Virus record (IMG/VR): IMGVR_UViG_3300020568_000019
Span: 1-26,832 of that record
Strand: one strand, 5' to 3'
DNA from: a virus
Taxonomy: Duplodnaviria; Caudoviricetes
DNA: 26,832 nucleotides
Positions 15,454-23,394 of this stretch are shown here, piece by piece. Every line of letters begins with the position of its first letter. Within the stretch, counting starts at the first letter, position 1. The notes below the pieces were generated by a model. That model searched no databases. It saw only the letters and a program-made list of their open reading frames with translations, and was not told the DNA's origin. A program made the position numbers and the translations under genes.

Positions 15454-16329
15454 TTATTGAAGACCTTGCATGTATTTAATTGCCCTGGAGATGCCTTCTT
15501 CTAGGCTGATTTTTGGCTTATAGAAAGAGAGCATTTTGGATGGGTTGCAAACCCTGTACTCAACCCCTTCTGGGGCTCCAATTTTGCGCTCAAAGGATGG
15601 GGAATACCCACATTGTTTCGCAACCATTTCTGCGAGTTGATTGAATGACGTTGCCCTTCCAGCCCCAAGATTTACCGGCCCGGGGATGTCTTGTTTTACT
15701 GCTTCCAGCGTTGCTGCAACTACATCTTCCATGTGGATGAAATCACGAGTCTGATTTCCAGTTCCCCAAATAATAAATGGATTTGCTTTTTCTACACCGC
15801 GTTTAATAAATGATGGAAATGGGTAGTCCAAAGATTGGTCTTCTCCGTATCCGGAAAAAGGCCTAAAAACATGGACGCGCAGGCCTTCTTTTTCTGCATA
15901 ACCAGCCAGCATCTCTCCGGTAAGTTTTGCCCAACCGTATGTGTAGTCGGGAGATTTGATTTTGGACAAATCAATATGCTCTTCAGATAGGCGAATTTTG
16001 TCATCGAGTTTTTGATACTCAATTGGGTATGCGGCAGACGACGAGTAGTAAATAATTCTTTTTGGTCGTGTTCTAAGCGCCCATTGAAACAATTCTGAAT
16101 CAATTGCAAGGTCCACGGCAACAGAAAGGGGTGCCCCTTCAATTGTTGCTCTTCCTCCAACTATTGCAGCAAGATGAATAACAAGGTCAAAATACGTATC
16201 ATCTTGTGCGAAAAATTTTCTAGCGTCAAGACCATTTTTAATATCGACACCGAAAACCTCGTGGTCACTTAGGGCTTTCCTAAAATATCCGCCCACGAAA
16301 CCTGCGTCTCCGGTAATTAAAATTTTCAC
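15454..16329 (-). CDS. NAD-dependent nucleotide-sugar epimerase/dehydratase (extended SDR)
   Basis: ITGDAGFVG, HLAA, YSSSAAY, YGWAK, G.G.QTRDFIH. Confidence 0.92.
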   Translation of the reverse strand: MKILITGDAGFVGGYFRKALSDHEVFGVDIKNGLDARKFFAQDDTYFDLVIHLAAIVGGRATIEGAPLSVAVDLAIDSELFQWALRTRPKRIIYYSSSAAYPIEYQKLDDKIRLSEEHIDLSKIKSPDYTYGWAKLTGEMLAGYAEKEGLRVHVFRPFSGYGEDQSLDYPFPSFIKRGVEKANPFIIWGTGNQTRDFIHMEDVVAATLEAVKQDIPGPVNLGAGRATSFNQLAEMVAKQCGYSPSFERKIGAPEGVEYRVCNPSKMLSFYKPKISLEEGISRAIKYMQGLQ

Positions 16330-16886
16330 TTACATCCCCAAATGCCATATTTGTAAGGTTCGCCAAACACTGTTGTGTCCAAATACAAAAATATATTTGG
16401 TGTCCAATCAGACTCGCTTAGCAATTCTTCAACACCTTGCCTATCCCAAGACCAGTAGTGCTCGTTGTTGGTATCTTCCCAATTTTCTATTGGGGTAGAA
16501 AGAACTAGATATTCTGACTTTTCTCGAATAAGTTTCAAAATCTTCAATGGCTCTTCTACGTGCTCAAGGGATTCTGAACATACATAAACATCGACTTTTG
16601 GAATATCCATGATTGTCTTATCAATCGGTCCAACTAAATCGTATGTTGGCGCATAATCCCCAAGAAAGACATTTTGCATTCCCATGGACTTAACTATGTC
16701 CGCATTGCCACAACTCAAGTCTGCAATGCTTTTGGCTCTTGTCATCGCAACTGCATCGCGAACAATATTTTTTGTGACTTCAACTCTTACGTGATGTCCA
16801 CGACCATAAATTCTGTGGTCGTGCGGTTTTGCATAAATCTTTGCCAATGTTTCACTGTCGTGAAATTGACGCAATTGCTTAATCAT
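16326..16886 (-). CDS. Class I SAM-dependent methyltransferase-like protein
   Basis: IADLSCGNAD motif I, D.YVCSESLEHVEEP, LVLSTP. Four-base overlaps at both ends. Confidence 0.8.
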   Translation of the reverse strand: MIKQLRQFHDSETLAKIYAKPHDHRIYGRGHHVRVEVTKNIVRDAVAMTRAKSIADLSCGNADIVKSMGMQNVFLGDYAPTYDLVGPIDKTIMDIPKVDVYVCSESLEHVEEPLKILKLIREKSEYLVLSTPIENWEDTNNEHYWSWDRQGVEELLSESDWTPNIFLYLDTTVFGEPYKYGIWGCK

Positions 16887-17593
16887 CTATACACCGTCAT
16901 ATCGTGGCCTCGTGTTTCAATTGCCCCAACTGATTCTGGGAAATGCTTGGCGATGCAATCATGACGCACATACGTCGGCACACCAAGATAGTGAAGGGCA
17001 TCATGGTGGTAGCAGGGGTCATCTGACATGTTGTTGTCAAGGTCCCAGCGCCACCTGATTGAGGAAAACACGCGCCTATCCATAAATATTGCTGCCGCTG
17101 ATGCCATTGCTTCTTCAACCGGGAATGGATATTTGTCAATCTTTTTTCCGCGCAGATTGTAAGTGCGAATATATGGGGCGCAAAGCGGATGATTCATCTC
17201 CAGCATTCTCGGCATGACATCGTCGGGGGGCATGCAATCTGCAGCCATAAAAAGCATGTGGGTGCACCCATGCGTAGACATGGCAAAATCGTTACATAGG
17301 TTTTGCCCAACGACAATATGCCTGAGCCTATTTTTTGTTGTTACCTGAGTTCTTCCATCATCAAGTGAGTACGTCCAGAACCCGCCATCGATTTCTGCAA
17401 GTCTGTCCAAAAAGGGTTTAAATGGTTCTAGTCCACGAGAATCAACCTGTATCGCTGCAAAATATTGAATTTTTGCCCAGTCTCCAAACCTTGCGTACTC
17501 TTCTTTTACCTTTTCTGCATTTTTCATCCATGAACCCCAATGGTCTGGATTATCCATTACATAAGCATGGAGAGTCGTGGCTACCACTATCAC
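16883..17593 (-). CDS. GT-A-fold glycosyltransferase-like protein
   Basis: GQN...DFA...THMLFMAAD..PP.D...RML (degenerate DxD), AIFMDRRVF, SDD..Y...A...G......D....H. GTG start with GAAAGGA RBS, in an operon with the MTase and epimerase. Confidence 0.65.
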   Translation of the reverse strand: MIVVATTLHAYVMDNPDHWGSWMKNAEKVKEEYARFGDWAKIQYFAAIQVDSRGLEPFKPFLDRLAEIDGGFWTYSLDDGRTQVTTKNRLRHIVVGQNLCNDFAMSTHGCTHMLFMAADCMPPDDVMPRMLEMNHPLCAPYIRTYNLRGKKIDKYPFPVEEAMASAAAIFMDRRVFSSIRWRWDLDNNMSDDPCYHHDALHYLGVPTYVRHDCIAKHFPESVGAIETRGHDMTVYR

Positions 17594-17625
17594 GAGAATT
17601 TCCTTTCTTGTGGGTAAAGAATTAT

Positions 17626-17652
17626 TTAACGTAAGTTATGCACCCACGTTAA
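17626..17652 (-). terminator. Hairpin between the membrane cluster and the glycosylation cassette
   Basis: TTAACGTGGGT-GCATA-ACTTACGTTAA, with G-U pairs on the minus strand. Weak U-tract. Confidence 0.35.
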
Positions 17653-17673
17653 CAAATTTCGTCAATTGGAAGA

Positions 17674-17952
17674 CTACTTCTTTTTCGCAGCCTTCTTTGC
17701 ACGCGGGGCTCGTTTTACTGCCTCGGTGGGCGGATTATGCCAATGAGCCAAATGGTCCTGAAAGCCCTTTGCAACCGCATCTTTGACCTCATCAACCTTT
17801 TCGCCCAGTGCGGCATGGTCTTCGCGGTTGATTTGGTCAATCTTGCTCACCCATCTGTATCCGGCAAATGCCAATCCAGCAAGGACAACCAGGGTGACCT
17901 GGTTTGTTTTTAGTGATTCGCCGAGTGCGTCAAACCAGGATGAGATGTCCAT
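17674..17952 (-). CDS. Single-TM membrane protein with basic C-terminus (possible lysis accessory)
   Basis: TM VTLVVLAGLAFAGYRW, then a short coiled coil (NREDH...DHLAHWH) and a KRAPRAKKAAKKK tail. Confidence 0.7.
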   Translation of the reverse strand: MDISSWFDALGESLKTNQVTLVVLAGLAFAGYRWVSKIDQINREDHAALGEKVDEVKDAVAKGFQDHLAHWHNPPTEAVKRAPRAKKAAKKK

Positions 17953-17955
17953 GTC

Positions 17956-18072
17956 TTAATCCCTTTCACACTTTTCGCAGTCGCAGTCACAACATGCGCA
18001 ATGTCCAAATCGTTTGCAGGCCACAAATCCGGCCAGCGCCCCAACCAAGAGCGTGAGAAGCGTTGCAATCAT
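17956..18072 (-). CDS. 38-aa TM microprotein with Cys-rich tail
   Basis: Not in the ORF track: MIATLLTLLVGALAGFVACKRFGHCACCDCDCEKCERD*. ATGA overlap with the upstream stop, and it ends 3 nt before the next ATG. Confidence 0.7.
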   Translation of the reverse strand: MIATLLTLLVGALAGFVACKRFGHCACCDCDCEKCERD

Positions 18073-18347
18073 TCTTGTGTCTCCGTTTCCTCAGAGGGTG
18101 CTTGTTCTTTATTGCGACCTGTGGAAATCATGAGCCCGGCAAGAGTTCCGGTAATAAATGTAGCAACGGAAGACAACACGCCGAAGAACATTTTGTCGTT
18201 TTCGGCCTGGGCCCCAATTGGCTGGGCAACAAAAACAAGGGCGTAGAGAACGCCGATTGTGGTGATGGTTAGGACAAGCCCGAGGATGCAGCCAACAACA
18301 AACTTCAGCCGGGCATCAAGTTCTTCTGCCGTGTATCGCTGTTTCAT
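18069..18347 (-). CDS. Two-TM membrane protein (holin-like topology)
   Basis: Start MKQRY at 18347 (ATGA overlap, GAGGAG upstream). Two hydrophobic helices. Confidence 0.75.
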   Translation of the reverse strand: MKQRYTAEELDARLKFVVGCILGLVLTITTIGVLYALVFVAQPIGAQAENDKMFFGVLSSVATFITGTLAGLMISTGRNKEQAPSEETETQE

Positions 18348-18544
18348 TCGTCTGTCTCCTCTTCGTAACCAACCAAGTCTTTCCAGCAATCCCCGTTGAC
18401 TGTGCACATCGGTGGATTGCATTCTTCCTTCTCCCAGTTCTCAGGGTCTTGGCAGGAGTAACGATAACTTCCTTGATAGCCACACGCAGAGAGGGCAAAA
18501 ACGCTCAGAGTGGCGAGAAGCAGGTTTCTAGTCAGCCTTTTCAT
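18344..18544 (-). CDS. Small Cys-rich lipoprotein
   Basis: MKRLTRNLLLATLSVFALSA-C lipobox. Mature part YRYSCQDPENW...CNPPMC....C. Confidence 0.8.
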   Translation of the reverse strand: MKRLTRNLLLATLSVFALSACGYQGSYRYSCQDPENWEKEECNPPMCTVNGDCWKDLVGYEEETDE

Positions 18545-19190
18545 TGCGGTCATTCTGGTTTGACGAAATCGAATAGAAATAGTTTTCGGAATCTTCCGTT
18601 ACCCACCTGTCGGCATCCTCTACGCCAAAGTGCTGATGATTGAGGATTCTTTCAATAACTGGGCTTCCGAGTTTTGTGGTGAATGACGGGTCTTTAAGAA
18701 TCACCCTATTGTTGGGCTGGATGGCGAAATTCCCATTATCAAGTTTGATGAGATGCCCGCACTTGTGTTGACCAGGATTTTCTGACCATCCAACATTTGT
18801 CGCATTTGATTCTGGCCAGTGCCAATCAAAGGTCATCATATATATTCCTTGATGCTTGCGCTTATGGCGGTCTGAATATTCCATGCGCATTCCGCGCAGA
18901 CTATGAAAAGTTGTGACAGTTATGTACGGAGAGAATGAATTCCAAAGGACCTGGTCGTGTAGGTCCATTGGTTCTGCATCTGGCTTCCAACAAAATGCAT
19001 GAATCGGCATGCGCCACCAGATACCGCCATCTTCCATCAGGAAGTGAAACATCGGGACTCGGTCCGGGATTGAGGCAACGCCAAAGATATAACAGGGGAA
19101 TACTTTGTCGTGACTGTCTTGTTGGTCGCGCAAAAAATTGCCGCGAACAAAGCACTCAATCGATGGGATGTTGGCGTTTAGTTCTGGCAT
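18528..19190 (-). CDS. Conserved hypothetical phage protein (220 aa)
   Basis: Long, well-formed ORF (LNANIP...HKCGH.I.LDNGNFA.QPNNR) with a pattern I recall from aquatic phages. Function unknown. Confidence 0.8.
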   Translation of the reverse strand: MPELNANIPSIECFVRGNFLRDQQDSHDKVFPCYIFGVASIPDRVPMFHFLMEDGGIWWRMPIHAFCWKPDAEPMDLHDQVLWNSFSPYITVTTFHSLRGMRMEYSDRHKRKHQGIYMMTFDWHWPESNATNVGWSENPGQHKCGHLIKLDNGNFAIQPNNRVILKDPSFTTKLGSPVIERILNHQHFGVEDADRWVTEDSENYFYSISSNQNDRNEKAD

Positions 19191-19210
19191 GACACATAGT
19201 CTGCCACGCC

Positions 19211-19468
19211 CTATCTGTGCCTGTGACCGTACTTACTAAAAGCCATTGTCTGCTTATCTCGCTCAGACTTGATGATATTCAAAATCTCATCACTTTGCTT
19301 TTTCTCTTGCTCGCGACGAACTTCTTCAATCGCTTCCTGAATCATCTTTACCTTTTTGCTTTCAGACATCATCAGGCGTCGAATCTTTTTGGTGAAGTAA
19401 AACGCGATGAATGAGATGGATGCCATGGCGATAAAAATATACGGGCTTTTGCTTTTTAGTTTTTCCAT
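19211..19468 (-). CDS. Single-TM hypothetical protein
   Basis: Probable start MEKLKS at 19468, overlapping the upstream stop. TM followed by a charged helix. Confidence 0.6.
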   Translation of the reverse strand: MEKLKSKSPYIFIAMASISFIAFYFTKKIRRLMMSESKKVKMIQEAIEEVRREQEKKQSDEILNIIKSERDKQTMAFSKYGHRHR

Positions 19469-20214
19469 ACATTCCAGTTTGCCAGGCCACCGGACGAATT
19501 GTCCATGATGTACTTGGCAACCTTGATATTGCACTCAACGTTAAACAAGCCCTCCAAGCCAGTTCCGCAGACGTTCTTGGTCACGGTCTTCCAGCACGAG
19601 TTGATTTGGAGGAGGCCGCGGTCAATTGACCCGTCCTTGTTTAGGGTCCAAGTGATATTGCCCTTTGAGTCCCATTTGGCATTCGCCGCATTGGGGTTAC
19701 ACCTTGACTCGCGATAGGCGATGTAGGAAAAGACCTCAACTGGCTCCAGCCCGTACTGGGCAAAGAGTGGCTCAAACTGAGGGCAGCGATGAGTCGGGTC
19801 TGGGGAGATGTTAAACCGCTTCCCGCCATCGTCAATCAGTGGATTTGGCAGGGCTGGGACAAAGGCTGTCTCTAGGCCTTGGGCTTCAAGGGCCTTCAGG
19901 TGGGCTGCCCGAGTTGCCTTGCCGTAGTGACCATCGGTCTTTACCCCGAGCAATGCCTGGAGTTTGCTGACCTTTTCGTCTCTCTGGTTGAAGACGAATG
20001 TTTCCAGAAGGATTGCGTTTGGCTTTGGTGCCGCATTGAGTTCTTGCGCTTCGACTTTCCTTACTTCCTGGCTTGCCACGGTGACCCGTGAATATCTGCG
20101 TTCTGGGGGCTCTTGGCGGGTAACTCCACCGTTTCCGATGCCCACTCCTATCACCGTTGCCAGCCATAGGGTAAAGCCAATTACTGCTTCTTTGCTAACC
20201 ACAAGTATCTCCAA
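19456..20214 (-). CDS. Lytic transglycosylase (SLT/lysozyme-like) with peptidoglycan-binding domain and N-terminal anchor
   Basis: VSKLQALLGV..DGHYG.AT (PG-binding), IAYRESRCNPNA (catalytic Glu), DRGLLQIN, L.....NI..A. The N-terminal hydrophobic helix is Gly-rich. Confidence 0.85.
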   Translation of the reverse strand: MEILVVSKEAVIGFTLWLATVIGVGIGNGGVTRQEPPERRYSRVTVASQEVRKVEAQELNAAPKPNAILLETFVFNQRDEKVSKLQALLGVKTDGHYGKATRAAHLKALEAQGLETAFVPALPNPLIDDGGKRFNISPDPTHRCPQFEPLFAQYGLEPVEVFSYIAYRESRCNPNAANAKWDSKGNITWTLNKDGSIDRGLLQINSCWKTVTKNVCGTGLEGLFNVECNIKVAKYIMDNSSGGLANWNVWKN

Positions 20215-20217
20215 TCG

Positions 20218-20688
20218 TCAGCCGCTGGGCGGGAGAGACTTTGTCAGTCCTAACCTTTCAGCCTCAGCGGGGTTGTCATGCTTCCACCGGTGGTGCGCTC
20301 TGCACAACACCTGGCAGTTATCCGGGTCTAAGTAGTTTCCTCCTCGACCCCTAGGGATTACTTCGTCTACGTCCAGTGGTCCTGAACATGTAATCGATTC
20401 TACTAGGAACCTTGCCTGACACAACCCCATGTCGCGTGCAAGGACTATACGTCGCACTTCTTGCCTTTTAGGAATATTCTTTTTAGTTTTACTGGAGGCA
20501 AAGTTGAGTCGTGTTGGCTTAAGTTTACGCTCGCGTGCCAAATGGGGCTTGTCTTTGCACTGCTTTAGCCTTGCGCGGGCATCTGTTTGCCCATCAACTA
20601 AATATAAATTACCAAATACCCCACACTTTTCGTATCCACAATTCTCTTCTCGTCCCTCACAATGCCCCTTGTGGGAAAAGCGCTTCAT
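20218..20688 (-). CDS. HNH endonuclease-like protein
   Basis: VLARDMGLCQ....C....DVDEVIPRGRGG...D..NCQVLCRAHH..KH. ATGA-coupled to terL. Confidence 0.8.
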   Translation of the reverse strand: MKRFSHKGHCEGREENCGYEKCGVFGNLYLVDGQTDARARLKQCKDKPHLARERKLKPTRLNFASSKTKKNIPKRQEVRRIVLARDMGLCQARFLVESITCSGPLDVDEVIPRGRGGNYLDPDNCQVLCRAHHRWKHDNPAEAERLGLTKSLPPSG

Positions 20689-22007
20689 ACGATGATTCGC
20701 ACTTGCTTATTCTTCTTATTCACCAATGCCTGAATAGCACCAGAAATTGCATCCACTTGGTCATCATGGGCTCCGTACGGGAACACTTCGCACTCGTCAA
20801 GGAACGGCGTATTCCACGCTCCACGCGCAATGGAGACGTTGCCAGATTCAGCAGCAGCAGAGAAAACGCCAGCACGGTCTTTCTTTGAGGTGATTGATTT
20901 CTGGCCTTTGAAATTAAAGCCTGGGACCACCAACCGTGAATAGTGGTCAATGACATTCACGCCAGACGAACCGGGTTCTTGTTCCATGATGATTCTCGTG
21001 CCAATTCCGTCTTGCTCTGCGGTGGTCCTGACCATTTTCTCAACTTCGTAGGGGGTTCCGCGCATTCGGCGGATGTCCAGAACAAAGTATTTGCCGTCTT
21101 TGAATCCGACAAGCGCACCTACCGTCCAGTCTGGGTCTGTTCCGTGACGCGGGGCAGTTGCTGCTAAGTCCCAGTATCGAACCTTTTGCATGTCGTCTGG
21201 GAATACTCCGGTGACGTTGAACCATTCTTTCTTGAACATGCCGCCTTCTTCACGGACTTCCCAGTTTCCTTCAAGCAGTCGTGCTCGCTCAATTGCGTCA
21301 AGTTCGTCGAGTGACTTTACGTAGGTTTCTGCATCAAGAGAGGGGTTGTCGGAAATCTTGGCGGGCATGAACTTTCGGTCAGTATCACGGTTCAAAATGA
21401 ATCGTTCATACACCCAGTTGTTTCCTGGACCTCCAGGGTTTGTGGCCGCTCGCGTGCGTAGGGGAATATCAGCAGCAGTCATCCCGCATACCGGGCAGGA
21501 TGGAAGGTTTGCTGCAGTTGATGGTTTACGTACTCGGGAGAAGCCGACATATCGGTAAACGCGGTCAGTCTTCCACTGCGTTAATTCGTCCACCCCTACG
21601 AAGTGATAGGCAAACGACTGGAACTTGTATCTGTCGTCGTCTCGTTCGCAGTGGTCGAAGGATAATGTGGCGCCAGACGGAAACGTCCATCGCTTGTTCG
21701 TCCCAACGTAATTTGCATCGGTGTTGGCGAGCCAGGCGTTGCATCGGTCGATAAAGCCGTCTGGACCTGCAAGTTGCGGATATGTCTGACGCAAGAGCAG
21801 TGCAGAGTATCCAGGCACGCAGACGTATTGGAGTGCGGACATGAGTAGGGCATCTGATTTACCTCCACCTGCCGCGCCGCCGTAGAGGGCTTCGCGGGTT
21901 GTTGACCATGTAAGAAATGCTGCCTGTTTAGGGTGCATGTTGTGTGGCAAATCAATTCCACAAGGAATCTTGTAATGGGTCAGCGACGCAAGTTGGTCAC
22001 GAATCAT
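20685..22007 (-). CDS. terL: Terminase large subunit
   Basis: Walker A GGAAGGGKS, Walker B VGVDE, motif III ATNPGG, nuclease YWDLAA...D and HDDQVDA. Confidence 0.95.
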   Translation of the reverse strand: MIRDQLASLTHYKIPCGIDLPHNMHPKQAAFLTWSTTREALYGGAAGGGKSDALLMSALQYVCVPGYSALLLRQTYPQLAGPDGFIDRCNAWLANTDANYVGTNKRWTFPSGATLSFDHCERDDDRYKFQSFAYHFVGVDELTQWKTDRVYRYVGFSRVRKPSTAANLPSCPVCGMTAADIPLRTRAATNPGGPGNNWVYERFILNRDTDRKFMPAKISDNPSLDAETYVKSLDELDAIERARLLEGNWEVREEGGMFKKEWFNVTGVFPDDMQKVRYWDLAATAPRHGTDPDWTVGALVGFKDGKYFVLDIRRMRGTPYEVEKMVRTTAEQDGIGTRIIMEQEPGSSGVNVIDHYSRLVVPGFNFKGQKSITSKKDRAGVFSAAAESGNVSIARGAWNTPFLDECEVFPYGAHDDQVDAISGAIQALVNKKNKQVRIIV

Positions 22008-22105
22008 TCATCGTCCTCATCTCGCCCATCACAGAATGGGTCATAAGGCAGTGGCGTGCATGGGCAGCGTTTGCCCAATGGGACGAGTTCAGTCCTGTGT
22101 TTCAT
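22004..22105 (-). CDS. 33-aa microprotein between terS and terL
   Basis: Not in the ORF track: MKHRTELVPLGKRCPCTPLPYDPFCDGRDEDDE*. It starts inside the terS 3' end after GGTGGAG, and its stop forms ATGA with the terL start. Confidence 0.5.
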   Translation of the reverse strand: MKHRTELVPLGKRCPCTPLPYDPFCDGRDEDDE

Positions 22106-22685
22106 TCTCCACCACCTCTGCATCAATCACTTCGTTTTTGTCCCACGCGCCAAGGACTGATGACGGCAAATCTCCTGCCTCAACAAGGGCTGCAAGGACT
22201 GCGCGCTTTCTCTTATCGTCTTCTTCGATATCAACCTTTTGCGGTGCTGCCTGAGCAGAGATGCCAAGGGGCGAGACTTCCAGTTTGACCGTATTCTCCG
22301 AACCCCACTCTTGTCTCCAGCGAGCAGCAAGAAACTCTTTTGCCGCCTTCCAGTCTCCAGCGCGTCCTTCTTTGTACCACGCAAGTACAAGACCGGCCTG
22401 CGCTTCTGATTCTGCTTTAAGCGCGCCCATCGCAAAATCCATGTAGACCTTTTCTGATGGTTCGGGGTCAAGGCCCTGCTCAATCCTTTGCTGCTCAAGC
22501 ATCCCGCGCTTCAGCCAATTGCGCACAGTTTCCCGCGAAACCTCTGCCACTTCTGCAGCACGGTTGGGTGTCATCCCGCCCTTCATCAGTTCGATAATCG
22601 TCGGGCCTTTTCGTGCAATCAATGTCAGGCGGATATCTGACATCTCAATATCTTTTTGATAGTCGGAAGATTTCTTTTCAGTCAT
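22089..22685 (-). CDS. terS: Terminase small subunit (probable)
   Basis: N-terminal HTH (AAEVAEVSRETVRNWLKRG), helical core (GDWKAAKEFLAARW..EWG), C-terminal VIDAEVV, and position upstream of terL. Confidence 0.8.
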   Translation of the reverse strand: MTEKKSSDYQKDIEMSDIRLTLIARKGPTIIELMKGGMTPNRAAEVAEVSRETVRNWLKRGMLEQQRIEQGLDPEPSEKVYMDFAMGALKAESEAQAGLVLAWYKEGRAGDWKAAKEFLAARWRQEWGSENTVKLEVSPLGISAQAAPQKVDIEEDDKRKRAVLAALVEAGDLPSSVLGAWDKNEVIDAEVVENETQD

Positions 22686-22830
22686 GTTTGCCTGCCGACT
22701 CGTACTTCAATTCCTCTTTGGTCAATTCAACGATGATTTTGCGCAGCCGCTCAATCTCCGTAGCGGCCTCGTTGCAAATCACGCTGTTGGTTCGCTGATA
22801 CCGCAATCTTTCTACGATGTCGCTCATCAT
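22678..22830 (-). CDS. Small hypothetical protein (50 aa)
   Basis: MMSDIVERLR...EAATEIERLR, a common small phage protein pattern. ATGA overlap. Confidence 0.7.
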   Translation of the reverse strand: MMSDIVERLRYQRTNSVICNEAATEIERLRKIIVELTKEELKYESAGKHD

Positions 22831-23090
22831 TTCTTTACCGCCTGAACATAGATGCAGTCCTGCGTGGTCGGGCAATGCGTCTTGATTTTCTTTCCCTTAC
22901 GTCGGGCTGCCATGTAGAGAGCAGAACGCATGGAGTTGGGGTGAATGAAGAAATCCTGATACATATGCAGTTTCCAAATTGACCCGTCAAACCATTCGTC
23001 ATACGGGTACTTTTCCTCAGTGGGAGATGGCGGCCAGGTAATGCGGTCGCGCAACGGAATCTGCTCGGTGGTTTCTTCAGAGTGTTGCAC
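22827..23090 (-). CDS. Small putative DNA-binding protein
   Basis: KYPYDEWFDG..WKL....DF......MR..L...A.R.G pattern, which I recall from actinobacterial phages. Confidence 0.65.
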   Translation of the reverse strand: MQHSEETTEQIPLRDRITWPPSPTEEKYPYDEWFDGSIWKLHMYQDFFIHPNSMRSALYMAARRKGKKIKTHCPTTQDCIYVQAVKK

Positions 23091-23394
23091 CTGGATTCTC
23101 CTTCAGGTACTCATCAATAGCCATCTCCAGCAACTTGTCACGATTGCGGATGCGGTCAATCAACTTGCCGACCCAATCCTTTGAATAACCAGAAGCCTTG
23201 GCAATTGCATCCATCGTCCCGGCACCTGTTCTCCAGGTATTGAAGATGTCAAAGCGAAGGCGATTCTCTGCCGCCTTTGTTTGTTTGCGAAGAGCATCAA
23301 GGGCATCACGGCGTCGGCGCAGCCGCGCAGCATCCTCTTGGCTCAACTGACGGGGCTCACGAGAAACCGGCATCACCCGAACTTTCTCAGCCAT
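23077..23394 (-). CDS. HTH DNA-binding protein
   Basis: TMDAIAKASGYSKDWVGKLI HTH preceded by a coiled helix. Probable start MAEKV at 23394. Confidence 0.7.
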   Translation of the reverse strand: MAEKVRVMPVSREPRQLSQEDAARLRRRRDALDALRKQTKAAENRLRFDIFNTWRTGAGTMDAIAKASGYSKDWVGKLIDRIRNRDKLLEMAIDEYLKENPGATL

